32,000 nt of DNA from an uncultured archaeon. Lineage in GTDB: Archaea; Asgardarchaeota; Thorarchaeia; Thorarchaeales; CAZPUN01. Position numbers and translations under genes: made by a program. A model generated the notes under the pieces. That model saw nothing but the letters and a program-made list of their open reading frames with translations, ran no database searches and was not told the DNA's origin. Below are positions 16,712 to 26,209 of the stretch, piece by piece. The stretch covers positions 30,001-62,000 of the forward strand of contig CAZPUN010000013.1 of the NCBI GenBank assembly GCA_964589775.1, written 5' to 3'. Position 1 is the first letter of the stretch. Every line of letters begins with the position of its first letter.

Positions 16712-17427
16712 ATCCTTGTTTCTCTTTTGTAAATTGTTCTTCTAATTGCAGGGTCTCTATCTAATACTTTTTTTAGTGCACTTTCAAAACTTTCATTTTC
16801 TGATAATCTATATTTTAGATAAACACCGGTGCGTCCAATATTATTTCGGCGTGTTAAAACTCGAATTCTCTCATCAATAATTTTTTTGTTTACACCTATT
16901 AACTTTGATGCAAGTAATTCATTTCCGATCAAAGAGAATTCTTCATGTCCAAAATTTTTTGGATTTATTACAAGTAAGCGTTTATCAATACCTGGAACTC
17001 GTACTCCTGTTGTTAATTGAGATAAATCGAGTAGTCCTCCGAATTTATAAAATTCATATTCAAGACTTCGCATCTTTATTAATGGAAAGACTATCGTAAT
17101 ATTATCTGACATATGAAGTTCTGCTTTTAATACATGAGATGGTGTTGCTTGTACAATATATCGTTCTTCATAATCAATTATTGTTTCTATTTTAAACGAT
17201 GAGATCTTTTGAAAAATAATGATATCAATATCGCTGTTTTTTGATACATCGCCTCTAGCAACACTTCCATAGACGTATCCCTTAATTCCATTTATCTCTA
17301 GAGTCTTCAGTATTTCAATTGCCTTATTTCTATATTGCTCTAATTGATTCCATCTTTCTTTTGTATATTTTATTTGTTTAAAATATCCCGCTCTAATTAT
17401 TTGTTCTCTCAAAAAATCACCATTCAA
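16708..17427 (-). CDS. Pol-beta superfamily nucleotidyltransferase (conserved archaeal)
   Basis: YGSVARGDVSKNSDIDI, EFYKFGG, RVPGIDKRL, GRTGVY. Confidence 0.88.
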   Translation of the reverse strand: MNGDFLREQIIRAGYFKQIKYTKERWNQLEQYRNKAIEILKTLEINGIKGYVYGSVARGDVSKNSDIDIIIFQKISSFKIETIIDYEERYIVQATPSHVLKAELHMSDNITIVFPLIKMRSLEYEFYKFGGLLDLSQLTTGVRVPGIDKRLLVINPKNFGHEEFSLIGNELLASKLIGVNKKIIDERIRVLTRRNNIGRTGVYLKYRLSENESFESALKKVLDRDPAIRRTIYKRETRI

Positions 17428-18362
17428 TATTTTATTTTACTTCTCACGTTAATTTGCGATAATAATTGACATGTTTTACAAATTTCTCCTGATGTTGGCG
17501 CACCACATATTTTACATTTATTTAATGGGCGTTTTTTACCTATATTTTGTATATGTGGATGAATTTGTAAAAATGTTCTTAATATTGCGAACATTGTACC
17601 CGGTCTTTTTTCTTCCATTGAATCTATAAAATATCTTATGTCATTTCTCATTGCTTCAGAGCTATATGGACATTTTTCCTGTTGATATTTAATACCTTTA
17701 AATTTTGCAAACAACTCAATTTCATATTCTGGGATCTCAAATAATGGTTTAACACGCGGTATGAAATTTTCATGTTTATATGTTAATTTTGGTCCGATTC
17801 GTGCTAAGTGGTGTGCATCGCCTCTAAGAAAGTTCATTATTATTGTTTGGGCTTGATCATTTAGATTATGCCCAGTTGCTATTACTGTTGCATTATGCTT
17901 CTTAGCTAACCAATTCAATGCAGATCGTTTCATTACGCCACAATAGGCGCATGGTGTTAATTTAGAATCCTTAATTTTTAATACAAGTTCATCTAATGTT
18001 ATTCCAAATATTTCCTTAAAAGTATATGATATTAATGGGATTTCCAATTTCTCAATATTTTCTTTTATAATTTGTTGTGTTATTTTACTATATTCTCCTG
18101 CTAATTCATTTATATTAATTGCAAATATTTCAGTTTCCGGATATTTTTTCTCGATCTCAGATAATATGTGTAATAAGACTATACTATCTTTTCCTCCAGA
18201 AACGCCAACTGCAATTTTGTCATCTAACTTAAACATAGAAAACTTGTTAATCGTTCGTCTTACTCTATCTATTATATTTTTAATAAAACATGAAGAACAT
18301 AGCGGCTCGCCTGAATAGGGTCTCACATAAACTGCAGGCTTGCCGCATTTATTACATTGCAT
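17424..18362 (-). CDS. ttuA: TtuA/Ncs6-family tRNA 2-thiolation protein
   Basis: N- and C-terminal Zn fingers, PP-loop SGGKDS, CAYCGV, TGHNLND, CPY. Confidence 0.9.
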   Translation of the reverse strand: MQCNKCGKPAVYVRPYSGEPLCSSCFIKNIIDRVRRTINKFSMFKLDDKIAVGVSGGKDSIVLLHILSEIEKKYPETEIFAININELAGEYSKITQQIIKENIEKLEIPLISYTFKEIFGITLDELVLKIKDSKLTPCAYCGVMKRSALNWLAKKHNATVIATGHNLNDQAQTIIMNFLRGDAHHLARIGPKLTYKHENFIPRVKPLFEIPEYEIELFAKFKGIKYQQEKCPYSSEAMRNDIRYFIDSMEEKRPGTMFAILRTFLQIHPHIQNIGKKRPLNKCKICGAPTSGEICKTCQLLSQINVRSKIKY

Positions 18363-18379
18363 TTTTCATTACCTATTCT

Positions 18380-19564
18380 TTACAATAATGGTTTTCCGGT
18401 TAAGAATGTCATTATAAAGTTCAAAGCTAATATTACCAATGATAATAGTCTTACTGAATTAAGAATTATTGATTTTGCTTTGATTTCTTTCTGTTTTATT
18501 ATAATATGTTTTTCCTTTAGTGCTTTTGTTAATAGGTCCGATAATAAATAGTCTCCATCCAATGGTATGAGGGGTAATAAATTGAACATTCCAACGCTTA
18601 TTAAGACAATCATGGACCATGTTAGTGTCATATATAGATGTGTTGACACCATTGGATCTATCCATGTTGCCCATGGTCTTGGTGGATAATATGTTGTTCC
18701 ATATATTCCTATATAACCTATATTTGGATTCGATGGATTTGTTCCAAGTGTAAGTTGTAAAATTCCATTGGATGTGTTTATTATGAGAATGCTTCCTGGT
18801 GTTGTATTTTGCATAAACATACCTAAATCTGTCCATGTTTCTATTTGGGTGCCATTTAATGAATATATTATTGTTCCTGGTGTAATTACACCATCTGCAG
18901 GTCCACCTTGTTGAATATTATATACATATACTCCTGCCGCAGGTTGATTTGTTAAGGAGATTAATGCAGGAAAATTCATAATCATAATCATAAACAAAAA
19001 TCCAAAAATGATATTTGAAAATGAGCCTGCGCCATAGACTCTCATTCTTTTTCTAATTGGTGCTTTTTTAATGACTTCTTCATCTGGTTCAACAAATCCA
19101 CCAATTAATACTAAGAGAAATACTAATCCTGAACTTTTTACGGGAATATCATCTGCTTCGGCAGCTATTCCATGAGCTAATTCATGAGTAAGTAATGTAA
19201 TTGTTAGGCCTATTAATATGTAGACCAATGGCATTCCTGAAACTGTAATTCCTGGGATTATCGGTACTACAGCTCCTGCATTTGCTGGCGCCGTAAAGAA
19301 TGCAACTAAATTCATATATAGTGTATAAAATATGTATCCCATTCCAAAGAAACCAACTACAATTCCTAAATCCCATAGCGCTCTCCAAAAGCGTGGTGAT
19401 TTCTTTGCGATTTTCCTTAGAAATTGGTTTAATCTCTCTGTTTTATACATTATCATAAATGGCGCAATTTCAATGCCTCTCTTCTTTACATCAAAACTTT
19501 TTCCAATTGCCATGATTATTATCCAAATGATTAATAATACAATCCACGGATTTAATTCTAGCAT
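18380..19564 (-). CDS. Site-2 protease (M50) with PDZ-like insert
   Basis: HELAH, GGFVEPD, AGSFSN, NLLPLIPLDG; multiple TM segments. Confidence 0.93.
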   Translation of the reverse strand: MLELNPWIVLLIIWIIIMAIGKSFDVKKRGIEIAPFMIMYKTERLNQFLRKIAKKSPRFWRALWDLGIVVGFFGMGYIFYTLYMNLVAFFTAPANAGAVVPIIPGITVSGMPLVYILIGLTITLLTHELAHGIAAEADDIPVKSSGLVFLLVLIGGFVEPDEEVIKKAPIRKRMRVYGAGSFSNIIFGFLFMIMIMNFPALISLTNQPAAGVYVYNIQQGGPADGVITPGTIIYSLNGTQIETWTDLGMFMQNTTPGSILIINTSNGILQLTLGTNPSNPNIGYIGIYGTTYYPPRPWATWIDPMVSTHLYMTLTWSMIVLISVGMFNLLPLIPLDGDYLLSDLLTKALKEKHIIIKQKEIKAKSIILNSVRLLSLVILALNFIMTFLTGKPLL

Positions 19565-19680
19565 TTTGATCCCATTCTATAATTAAGTTAATTTGGAAAT
19601 ATATTGAATATATGATAAACTTTCTGTTTAAGATATGGACTGAATGGATAGGTTTTTTAATATTTTTTACGAAGTAAATA

Positions 19681-19993
19681 TGGCGGGTAGGCCCGGGGCG
19701 TTTGCCGTGCCCTGTAACCCGTAATCGGCAATAGCGGGGGGCAGTAACCCAATGGAAGGCATACCTCCGCGGTAATGGCCTGCATGTCCCTACGATGATA
19801 CCCAGTCCCTTGGGGATACCGTTGGCGCAGCCACTCATGGAGGTGAGTGGCCAAGGCCAGAGGGAGCGAACCTGGCTAGGCCCGGGAGGGAGCAACCTAA
19901 GTTCCCGCGGTTATCGCTCAGGGGAGCACTGGGTTGAGGAATGGCATGCAATCAGCCATTATCGCGGGGTGTGTCGACCTGCGGGGGCCGCCA
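19681..19993 (+). ncRNA. ffs: Archaeal SRP (7S) RNA
   Basis: GC-rich, about 313 nt; terminal helix TGGCGG/CCGCCA; Alu CTGTAACC; helix 6 CCACTCAT-GGAG-GTGAGTGG; helix 8 TAGGCCC-GGGA-GGGAGCAACCTA. Confidence 0.95.
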
Positions 19994-20049
19994 CTTAATT
20001 ATTACACAATAGAAAACTTGATAAAGTGATTTGAAAAACAAAAATATGC

Positions 20050-20125
20050 GGGCCGATGGTCTAGTGGCTATGATTTCGCGCTTACACCGCGAAGATCGCT
20101 GGTTCGAATCCGGCTCGGCCCACCA
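20050..20125 (+). tRNA. tRNA-Val(TAC), no intron, CCA encoded
   Basis: Acceptor GGGCCGA/TCGGCCC, anticodon arm TCGCG-CTTACAC-CGCGA, T-loop TTCGAAT. Confidence 0.97.
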
Positions 20126-20144
20126 TTCTTATCTTTAACTTAGC

Positions 20145-20316
20145 GCTGGGGTATCCAAGCCCGGTATGGAGCCAGCCTGCTAAGTTGGTGACCCTTGTGG
20201 TCTCGAGGGTTCGAAAGTGTATATACACCGATAATCTCGTGAGAGGCGAAGTAGCCCATGAGTACGGTGTACCGGTTGAAAGTGTATATGCACCGAAAAT
20301 CCCTCCCCCAGCGCCA
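20145..20316 (+). tRNA. tRNA-Ser(GCT) with 84-nt T-loop intron at 59/60 (20216-20299)
   Basis: Acceptor GCTGGGG/CCCCAGC, anticodon loop CTGCTAA, long variable arm. Strict BHB: TTCG/CGAA helix, AAA and AAT bulges, 12-bp intron stem. Confidence 0.92.
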
Positions 20317-20408
20317 TAAAATGTTCGAAAACGTAGAATTCATAACTGTTTGTGTCGTATTATATATTATATAAAAAAATTTCTTCTACTGAAGGTGAAA
20401 GGTACTAT

Positions 20409-20939
20409 ATGTATGACGCAATGAGAATTAATAGTGATTTATTCAAAACTGTATTGGAAGAATTAGGCGGAAAAGAAGCAGTTGAAATTGCATCTGTATT
20501 AATTAATGTTCCAGAAACTACTGATGAGGGTATTGCTACAAAAACCGGTTTAAGATTAAATGTAGTACGTAAAGTGCTATATAAATTACATTCAAATAGC
20601 TTGGCTTCCTATCGTCGAATTCGAGATCAATCTACTGGATGGTTTATTTACTTTTGGAAATTAAACCCCGATAGAGCGCAATACTTGATTAATAAAAAGA
20701 AAAAAACAGTTCTGAATTTATTGGAACAAAGATTAGAATATGAAAAAAACAATGTATTTTATGTCTGTAAAAATAATGATACTCCATTATTAACATTTGA
20801 TGAAGCAATGGAATATTCATTCAAATGTCCACATTGCGATATGCCTCTGATATACTTTGAAAACAAAGCTGCTATTGAATTTCTAGAAAAAAGAATTGAC
20901 GAGCTCAAGCGAGATCTATCAAGATATAATAACCTATAA
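20409..20939 (+). CDS. tfe: Transcription factor E alpha
   Basis: TDEGIA...LNVVRKVLYKL, GWFIYFW, Zn ribbon FKCPHC; ATG 20409 after AGGTGA SD. Confidence 0.95.
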   Translation: MYDAMRINSDLFKTVLEELGGKEAVEIASVLINVPETTDEGIATKTGLRLNVVRKVLYKLHSNSLASYRRIRDQSTGWFIYFWKLNPDRAQYLINKKKKTVLNLLEQRLEYEKNNVFYVCKNNDTPLLTFDEAMEYSFKCPHCDMPLIYFENKAAIEFLEKRIDELKRDLSRYNNL

Positions 20940-20982
20940 AAATATTCTATACTTTCCGATAATAAAAAAGGAATGAGGCATA

Positions 20983-21738
20983 TTGTCATCAATTATTTTA
21001 GCTCGTAGGCTATATGGTCCTTTTTTAAAAAAGGCCTATAATTATTTCAAACGAGAACTTAGTGAGATTTTTTCTGAATTGGATCTTAAATTTGTTTGTA
21101 ATTTACTTGACGATGGTCGTTTAAAAATTAAATTAGAGGGTATTGATAGCGAATTTGCATCAAATCTATTGAAACAAAAGTATGGCGAGTGTATTTCTGT
21201 ATCACAACTAAAAATTGGAACAAAATTCATAGGAAATCTAATTGATGTTGGAAAACATGGATTTGGTCTCTATGTTCGACCGTGTTACTGTAGTGAGTTT
21301 TATAAAGACGCGCTATTACCTTTGTATTTAATAAAAAAACAATTATCTAATGAATCCTTACGCAAGCTTGTTTTTAGATATGGTTTTGTCGAGTTTCAAA
21401 ACATCGAAGTTGAAATTGTGGATTTAGATTATAAATTAGAATCTCCTGATGTTCCATACAAAATTTCTGTTAATTTTACAAGGCGTCAATTAGATATATT
21501 TAATTCTTGGGTCAATGCAAACCATGATCGTATTATTATTTCAGGTGCATTGCTATCTGATGTGCGACGTGCGCTGATTAAAACAGATCATATATCTGAT
21601 ATTTTAAAAATGAAGAGTCCCTGGATATTAGAACATATTCTTGTTGTAAAAAAGTCATCAAATGCTACTGGCATTTTATCCTCTATCGGAAAATATCTCT
21701 CAAATGTACCTATAGGTATTATTCGTCGTAAGAATTAG
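20983..21738 (+). CDS. DUF2110-like conserved archaeal protein
   Basis: GIDSEFASNLL...YG, GNLIDVGKHGFGLYV, ATGILSSIG; family usually found downstream of tfe. Confidence 0.75.
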   Translation: MSSIILARRLYGPFLKKAYNYFKRELSEIFSELDLKFVCNLLDDGRLKIKLEGIDSEFASNLLKQKYGECISVSQLKIGTKFIGNLIDVGKHGFGLYVRPCYCSEFYKDALLPLYLIKKQLSNESLRKLVFRYGFVEFQNIEVEIVDLDYKLESPDVPYKISVNFTRRQLDIFNSWVNANHDRIIISGALLSDVRRALIKTDHISDILKMKSPWILEHILVVKKSSNATGILSSIGKYLSNVPIGIIRRKN

Positions 21739-21750
21739 GAGGAATTTATT

Positions 21751-22413
21751 CTGAGACTCGACGAATATATTCGATTTTTAGGAATAGTGGAGTCTAGAAA
21801 TAGATCTCAAAATTTAATTCAAAATGGTATGGTCTTTGTTAATGGAAAAATGGTAAAGAAGCGGTCCTATGTTGTCAATGATAGTGATTTTTTGCTTGTT
21901 TTATTAAATGATGACTATCGCTATCCATTGGGTTATTCAAAAATAAAGAGATTGTTAAAATATATAAATATACAAATTTCCAAAAAAGCAAAAATATTGG
22001 ATGTAGGTTCAAGCCATGGAGGATTTATTGAATATTTCTCTCAATATACACATAATATAACTGCTATAGAAATTGATAAAGAAAAGGTTAATTATTTAAA
22101 ATCAAAATATAATTTTTTGGAAATAATTTGTGCCGATGCTTTTAAAATTCCGTATAATAAATTTAAGAAAAATTCATTTGATATTATTTCTATTGATGTT
22201 ACTACTGAACCTGAGGGCACTTTAAACTTGATTAAAAAATTTCTTTTATTCTTAAAAGGTGAAGGCATTCTTATTGCTGCATTTAAGTGTAATTGTTCTT
22301 TTATTGAAAATGAATTGAATAATATAAAATATTTTGGGGGTGTTGTAAAAAAGGTCATTCAGCTAGATGAAAAAAAGCGTGAATGCCACGTATTTATTTC
22401 CCGCGACGTTTGA
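21751..22413 (+). CDS. TlyA-like S4-domain SAM-dependent RNA methyltransferase (probable CTG start)
   Basis: In-frame upstream extension (L)RLDEYI...SRNRSQNLIQNGMVFVNG gives a complete S4 domain; LDVGSSHGGF; GGAGG SD 8 nt before CTG 21751. Confidence 0.82.
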   Translation: MRLDEYIRFLGIVESRNRSQNLIQNGMVFVNGKMVKKRSYVVNDSDFLLVLLNDDYRYPLGYSKIKRLLKYINIQISKKAKILDVGSSHGGFIEYFSQYTHNITAIEIDKEKVNYLKSKYNFLEIICADAFKIPYNKFKKNSFDIISIDVTTEPEGTLNLIKKFLLFLKGEGILIAAFKCNCSFIENELNNIKYFGGVVKKVIQLDEKKRECHVFISRDV

Positions 22414-22909
22414 TCTTTACAACATCCCCTAGTGTTAATTCTTCATCTTTTTTATCAAGTTTTATAGGAATGTCAGGTATTTCTATTCGTAAGCTTATTC
22501 CTAAGACTCTCTCTAATTTTTTAATTGTTTTATTTTCTGGGACTATCCGTTTAGTCTCGATTGCTTGTAAAACTGATAGTCGTTCTCCAATTTGTCTCGC
22601 GAGTTCTTGTTGTGAAAGTCCCAATTTTTGGCGTCTCTCTTTAATTACTACATTGTAGTCCTCAATAATTTCATAATCTTCGTCCAATTGTCTTGATTTT
22701 TTATGCGTTCTAATTTTTGGCTTTGGAATGTAGACTTGTTTTCTTATTCTTTTTGAACTGTGTTTCTTTTGTTCTATAGGCTCAGATTTAATTTCCTCAC
22801 CTAATTTTGCGCACGTAGAACAAACAGTCATTGTGGCTCCTTCAATTCTAATGGTAATTGGTTTGCCCTTTATAGGGCGCCCACAAATCTCACAAAGCAA
22901 TTTGGTCAC
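22394..22909 (-). CDS. mbf1: Multiprotein bridging factor aMBF1
   Basis: CEICG...VCSTC Zn ribbon, Cro-like HTH GLSQQELA, TLGDV; divergent from pan. Confidence 0.93.
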   Translation of the reverse strand: MTKLLCEICGRPIKGKPITIRIEGATMTVCSTCAKLGEEIKSEPIEQKKHSSKRIRKQVYIPKPKIRTHKKSRQLDEDYEIIEDYNVVIKERRQKLGLSQQELARQIGERLSVLQAIETKRIVPENKTIKKLERVLGISLRIEIPDIPIKLDKKDEELTLGDVVKIKRRGK

Positions 22910-23015
22910 CTTTTATATAATATAAAAAGCATTAACACAAATAACCGTTACAATTTTATTTATAGCATTTTTTATATTAAAAGTAACAAATATAAACATA
23001 TAAAATAAAGAATTA

Positions 23016-24230
23016 ATGGGTATGACAATGACGGGATCAGTAACTGACAAAGATAACAAACGAATTAATGATGCATATTTATCTAGTTATGCACAACATC
23101 TTGAAAGAAAATTAAGAGCTCTTGAAACTGAAAAGCAAATCTTGCATGCTGAAAGAGCAAGACTTCAACAAGAGCTTCATTCATTACGAGTTGAATTAGA
23201 AAAAATGCGGCATCCTCCGCTTGTTGCTGCTACTATTGTTGATGTATTACCTGATGGGCGAGCTATTGTTCGTAGTACTACTGGGCCCTCGTTCGTTGTA
23301 TATGTTGCATCATCAATACCACAAAAGTATTTACAACCGGGAAGTCATGTTGCATTAAATCAGAGAACTTTTGCGATAGTTGAAGGTCTTCCTGTAAATC
23401 GAGAACCATTTATTAAAAATATGGAAATTGAAGAGGTTCCGAATGTTACATATGATGATATTGGTGGATTACATGAACAAATCCGTGAAATTAGAGAGAC
23501 TGTTGAACTTCCACTATTAAAACCCGAATTATTTGAAAAAGTTGGAATTGAACCACCAAAAGGCATATTACTTACTGGGCCTCCCGGGACTGGAAAAACA
23601 TTGTGTGCAAAGGCTGTTGCACATGAAACAAAAGCAACATTCATTAAAGTAATTGCATCCGAATTCGTTCAGAAGTTTATTGGTGAAGGTGCGCGTATTG
23701 TTCGTGAAATTTTTGACTTAGCACGTGAAAAAGCCCCTACAATTATGTTTATCGACGAGTTGGATGCTGTTGGAAGTCGCCGCTTAGATATTGCAACTAG
23801 TGGAGATCGTGAAGTACAACGGACTCTTATGCAGCTTCTAAGTGAGATGGATGGTTTTGAATCTCGTGGGAATGTCAGAATTATTGCAGCTACAAATCGA
23901 CCTGATATTTTAGATCCTGCACTGTTAAGACCCGGACGCTTTGATAGAATCATTGAATTTACTCTACCTAATCTAGATGGGCGTATTGAAATATTCAAAA
24001 TCCACACAAGAAATATGAATATAGATAAAGATATTGATTTCATAAAATTAGGCGAATTAAGCGAACATGCAACCGGTGCAGATATTAAGGCTATTACGAC
24101 TGAAGCCGGCATGTATGCCATACGCGCAGGTCGAACAAAAGTAACAATGGATGATTTTATCAACGCAATTGAAAAAGTTTTACATAAAACAAGTAGATCA
24201 TTCAAAGCTCCTGTTGATATTTACGCCTAA
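23016..24230 (+). CDS. pan: Proteasome-activating nucleotidase
   Basis: Coiled coil, OB domain, [37 protein letters not shown]-terminal HbYX motif IYA. Confidence 0.98.
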   Translation: MGMTMTGSVTDKDNKRINDAYLSSYAQHLERKLRALETEKQILHAERARLQQELHSLRVELEKMRHPPLVAATIVDVLPDGRAIVRSTTGPSFVVYVASSIPQKYLQPGSHVALNQRTFAIVEGLPVNREPFIKNMEIEEVPNVTYDDIGGLHEQIREIRETVELPLLKPELFEKVGIEPPKGILLTGPPGTGKTLCAKAVAHETKATFIKVIASEFVQKFIGEGARIVREIFDLAREKAPTIMFIDELDAVGSRRLDIATSGDREVQRTLMQLLSEMDGFESRGNVRIIAATNRPDILDPALLRPGRFDRIIEFTLPNLDGRIEIFKIHTRNMNIDKDIDFIKLGELSEHATGADIKAITTEAGMYAIRAGRTKVTMDDFINAIEKVLHKTSRSFKAPVDIYA

Positions 24231-24345
24231 TTTTTCCTTTTTTTACTTAACAATTTTTTATATTCTGATGTATTTTTTTAATATGTACATATTATTTTTA
24301 TCTGATAACGTAATTCTATTAAGATTATAAATCTCAATTTTATTT

Positions 24346-24428
24346 GCGATGACGAGATATTCCCACTATCGAGGGCGCGTTGAGAAATATCGATGATACG
24401 CTGCGCAATATGTGGGAAACATCTGAGC
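24346..24428 (+). ncRNA. Atypical box C/D-like RNA with long spacers
   Basis: C-like ATGACGA 24349, D'-like TTGA 24380, C'-like ATGATA 24393, D CTGA 24423; terminal TTGC/GCAA stem; internal TTCCCAC/GTGGGAA stem. Confidence 0.6.
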
Positions 24429-24555
24429 AAGCGCCGGAACTACAGAAACACCAGAATTCCTGGCACGAGAGAGCTCAGCAGAGGTGGACGGAATGTCCTG
24501 ACTGTGAAGCTGAGTGTTAGTGCGTTAGGATACAGGTGTTCCTGTACCGGCGCTT
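24429..24555 (+). ncRNA. Unclassified long-hairpin structured RNA
   Basis: Nested stems AAGCGCCGG/CCGGCGCTT, TACAG/CTGTA, AACACC/GGTGTT, TCCTGG/TTAGGA, GCAC/GTGC, GCTCAGC/GCTGAGT, GGAC/GTCC; G-U pairs favour the + strand. Confidence 0.6.
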
Positions 24556-24562
24556 TTAGATT

Positions 24563-25228
24563 TTAAATCTCAATTGTATCTCCAGGATTTAGAATGTGTG
24601 CTTTTGTATTTGGCGATTCTTTTTCGACGTATTTCATAAATTCATTAGGATCTTTCTCTATTACCGGAAATGTGTTATAATGCATAGGTATTACATGTTT
24701 AACTCCTAATAGTTTAGTAGCAATAGCTGCTTCCTTAGGTCCCATTGTGAATGTCGAACCAATCGGTAATAGTGCAATATCTGGTTTATAAACATCGCCT
24801 AATAATTTCATATCACCAAATAATCCAGTATCACCGGGATGATAAATTGTATGACTTGCAAATTTCACAATGAAGCCGATAGGTGCCCCGATTGATGAAG
24901 AATGGAATGCTCGGGTCATAATTATTTCGGTATTTCCTAATTTATATGTACCACCAATATTCATCCCTAATGTATTTTTCACTCCTTTTTCAGAAGCAAC
25001 ATTTGCTAATTCGAAGATACTCACAAAGGTTGCATTGGTTTTTTTAGCAATTTCTATGCCTTCATCTAGTCCATGGTCTCCATGATCATGAGAGACAAAA
25101 ACAAAATCACATTTATTTATGTCATCAATTTTCATTTTTGAAGTTGGAGCTGATAACCATGGATCAAAGAAAGCAATTACATCATCCTCAATTTTAAAAC
25201 CTGCATGTCCTATGTATGTTATTTTCAT
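24563..25228 (-). CDS. Metallo-beta-lactamase-fold metal-dependent hydrolase (UPF0173-like)
   Basis: MKITYIGHA, SHDHGDH, HPGDTG, LLPIG, IPMHY; start ATG 25228 after GAGGTG SD. Confidence 0.92.
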   Translation of the reverse strand: MKITYIGHAGFKIEDDVIAFFDPWLSAPTSKMKIDDINKCDFVFVSHDHGDHGLDEGIEIAKKTNATFVSIFELANVASEKGVKNTLGMNIGGTYKLGNTEIIMTRAFHSSSIGAPIGFIVKFASHTIYHPGDTGLFGDMKLLGDVYKPDIALLPIGSTFTMGPKEAAIATKLLGVKHVIPMHYNTFPVIEKDPNEFMKYVEKESPNTKAHILNPGDTIEI

Positions 25229-25296
25229 AATAACCACCTCATCCAAATCTTTAATTGTATTTATGCATTTTAATTCATCGATTATATTATAGGAGG

Positions 25297-26199
25297 TTGA
25301 ACACCTCGAACGATGAAATATTAGAAAAATATTTGTTAGCTGGAAAAATTGCTGCAAATGCACGAGAAAAAGCTGCAGCATTAGTAAAGCCTGGTGCTAT
25401 GGTACTTGAAATCTGTGAATTTGCAGAGAATTATATTCTTCAATCTGGTGCAAAGCTTGCATTTCCGTGTAATATTTCCATTAATGAGATTGCTGCACAT
25501 TATACACCTTTTGTTAATGATTTAACGAAAATACCAAAAAAAGGGCTTGTAAAAATTGATGTTGGGGCTCACATTGATGGATATATTGCAGATACAGCAA
25601 AAACTGTCGATATTGATGGTAGCTATCAAAAATTAACCGAGGCTTCGCTACATGCATTAACTATGGCAATTGAGCACATGCGACCTGATGAATCTCTTTC
25701 CAACATTGGAAAAATTATCATGAATTCTATAAATTCATATGGATTTAAGCCGATTCGCAATTTAACTGGTCATCTACTTCAAAGATATATTTTACATGCC
25801 GGTAAAAGCGTTCCAAACGTTCCTATGAGTGGATTACCCAAAATAAAAGTTGATGAAGTTTATGCGATTGAACCATTTGCGACTGATGGTGCTGGATCTA
25901 TTTTTCAAATTCGCCATGGTCAAATTTTTAGTTGTGTAAAAAAACCAACATTCTTTGCGACAAAATCAAAGCGTGAACTCTGGAAGATACTAAAATCTAA
26001 ATTTGGCACTCTACCGTTTGCAGCACGATGGCTTAAAGATACATGGAAAGAACCTGATGAACGATTGCATAAACTAGCAAAATCACATCTTCTTTATGAA
26101 TATCCTCCACTTATTGAATACAAACGTGGTATGGTTTCTCAATGGGAACACACAGTAATTGTAACATCAGAAGGTCCAATTATAACTACAAAAATATAA
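25297..26199 (+). CDS. map: Methionine aminopeptidase type II (start uncertain)
   Basis: AFPCNISINEIAAHYTP, KIDVGAHIDGYIADTA, NLTGH, AIEPFAT, SQWEHT. Confidence 0.95.
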   Translation: MNTSNDEILEKYLLAGKIAANAREKAAALVKPGAMVLEICEFAENYILQSGAKLAFPCNISINEIAAHYTPFVNDLTKIPKKGLVKIDVGAHIDGYIADTAKTVDIDGSYQKLTEASLHALTMAIEHMRPDESLSNIGKIIMNSINSYGFKPIRNLTGHLLQRYILHAGKSVPNVPMSGLPKIKVDEVYAIEPFATDGAGSIFQIRHGQIFSCVKKPTFFATKSKRELWKILKSKFGTLPFAARWLKDTWKEPDERLHKLAKSHLLYEYPPLIEYKRGMVSQWEHTVIVTSEGPIITTKI

Positions 26200-26209
26200 A
26201 AAAAAAGGA

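Noticed and set aside
19491-20343. Short ORFs at 19491, 19657, 19795 and 20140
   Set aside because: Artefacts of the GC-rich SRP RNA and tRNA genes.
24346-24557. RNase P RNA or hammerhead ribozyme
   Set aside because: Lacks the GAGGAAAGTCC-type P4 signature and a CUGANGA-stem-GAAA core on either strand.
25229-25381. Apparent head-to-head overlap of the MBL hydrolase and map ORFs
   Set aside because: ORF-caller over-extension; homology-consistent starts are 25228 (-) and about 25297 (+).
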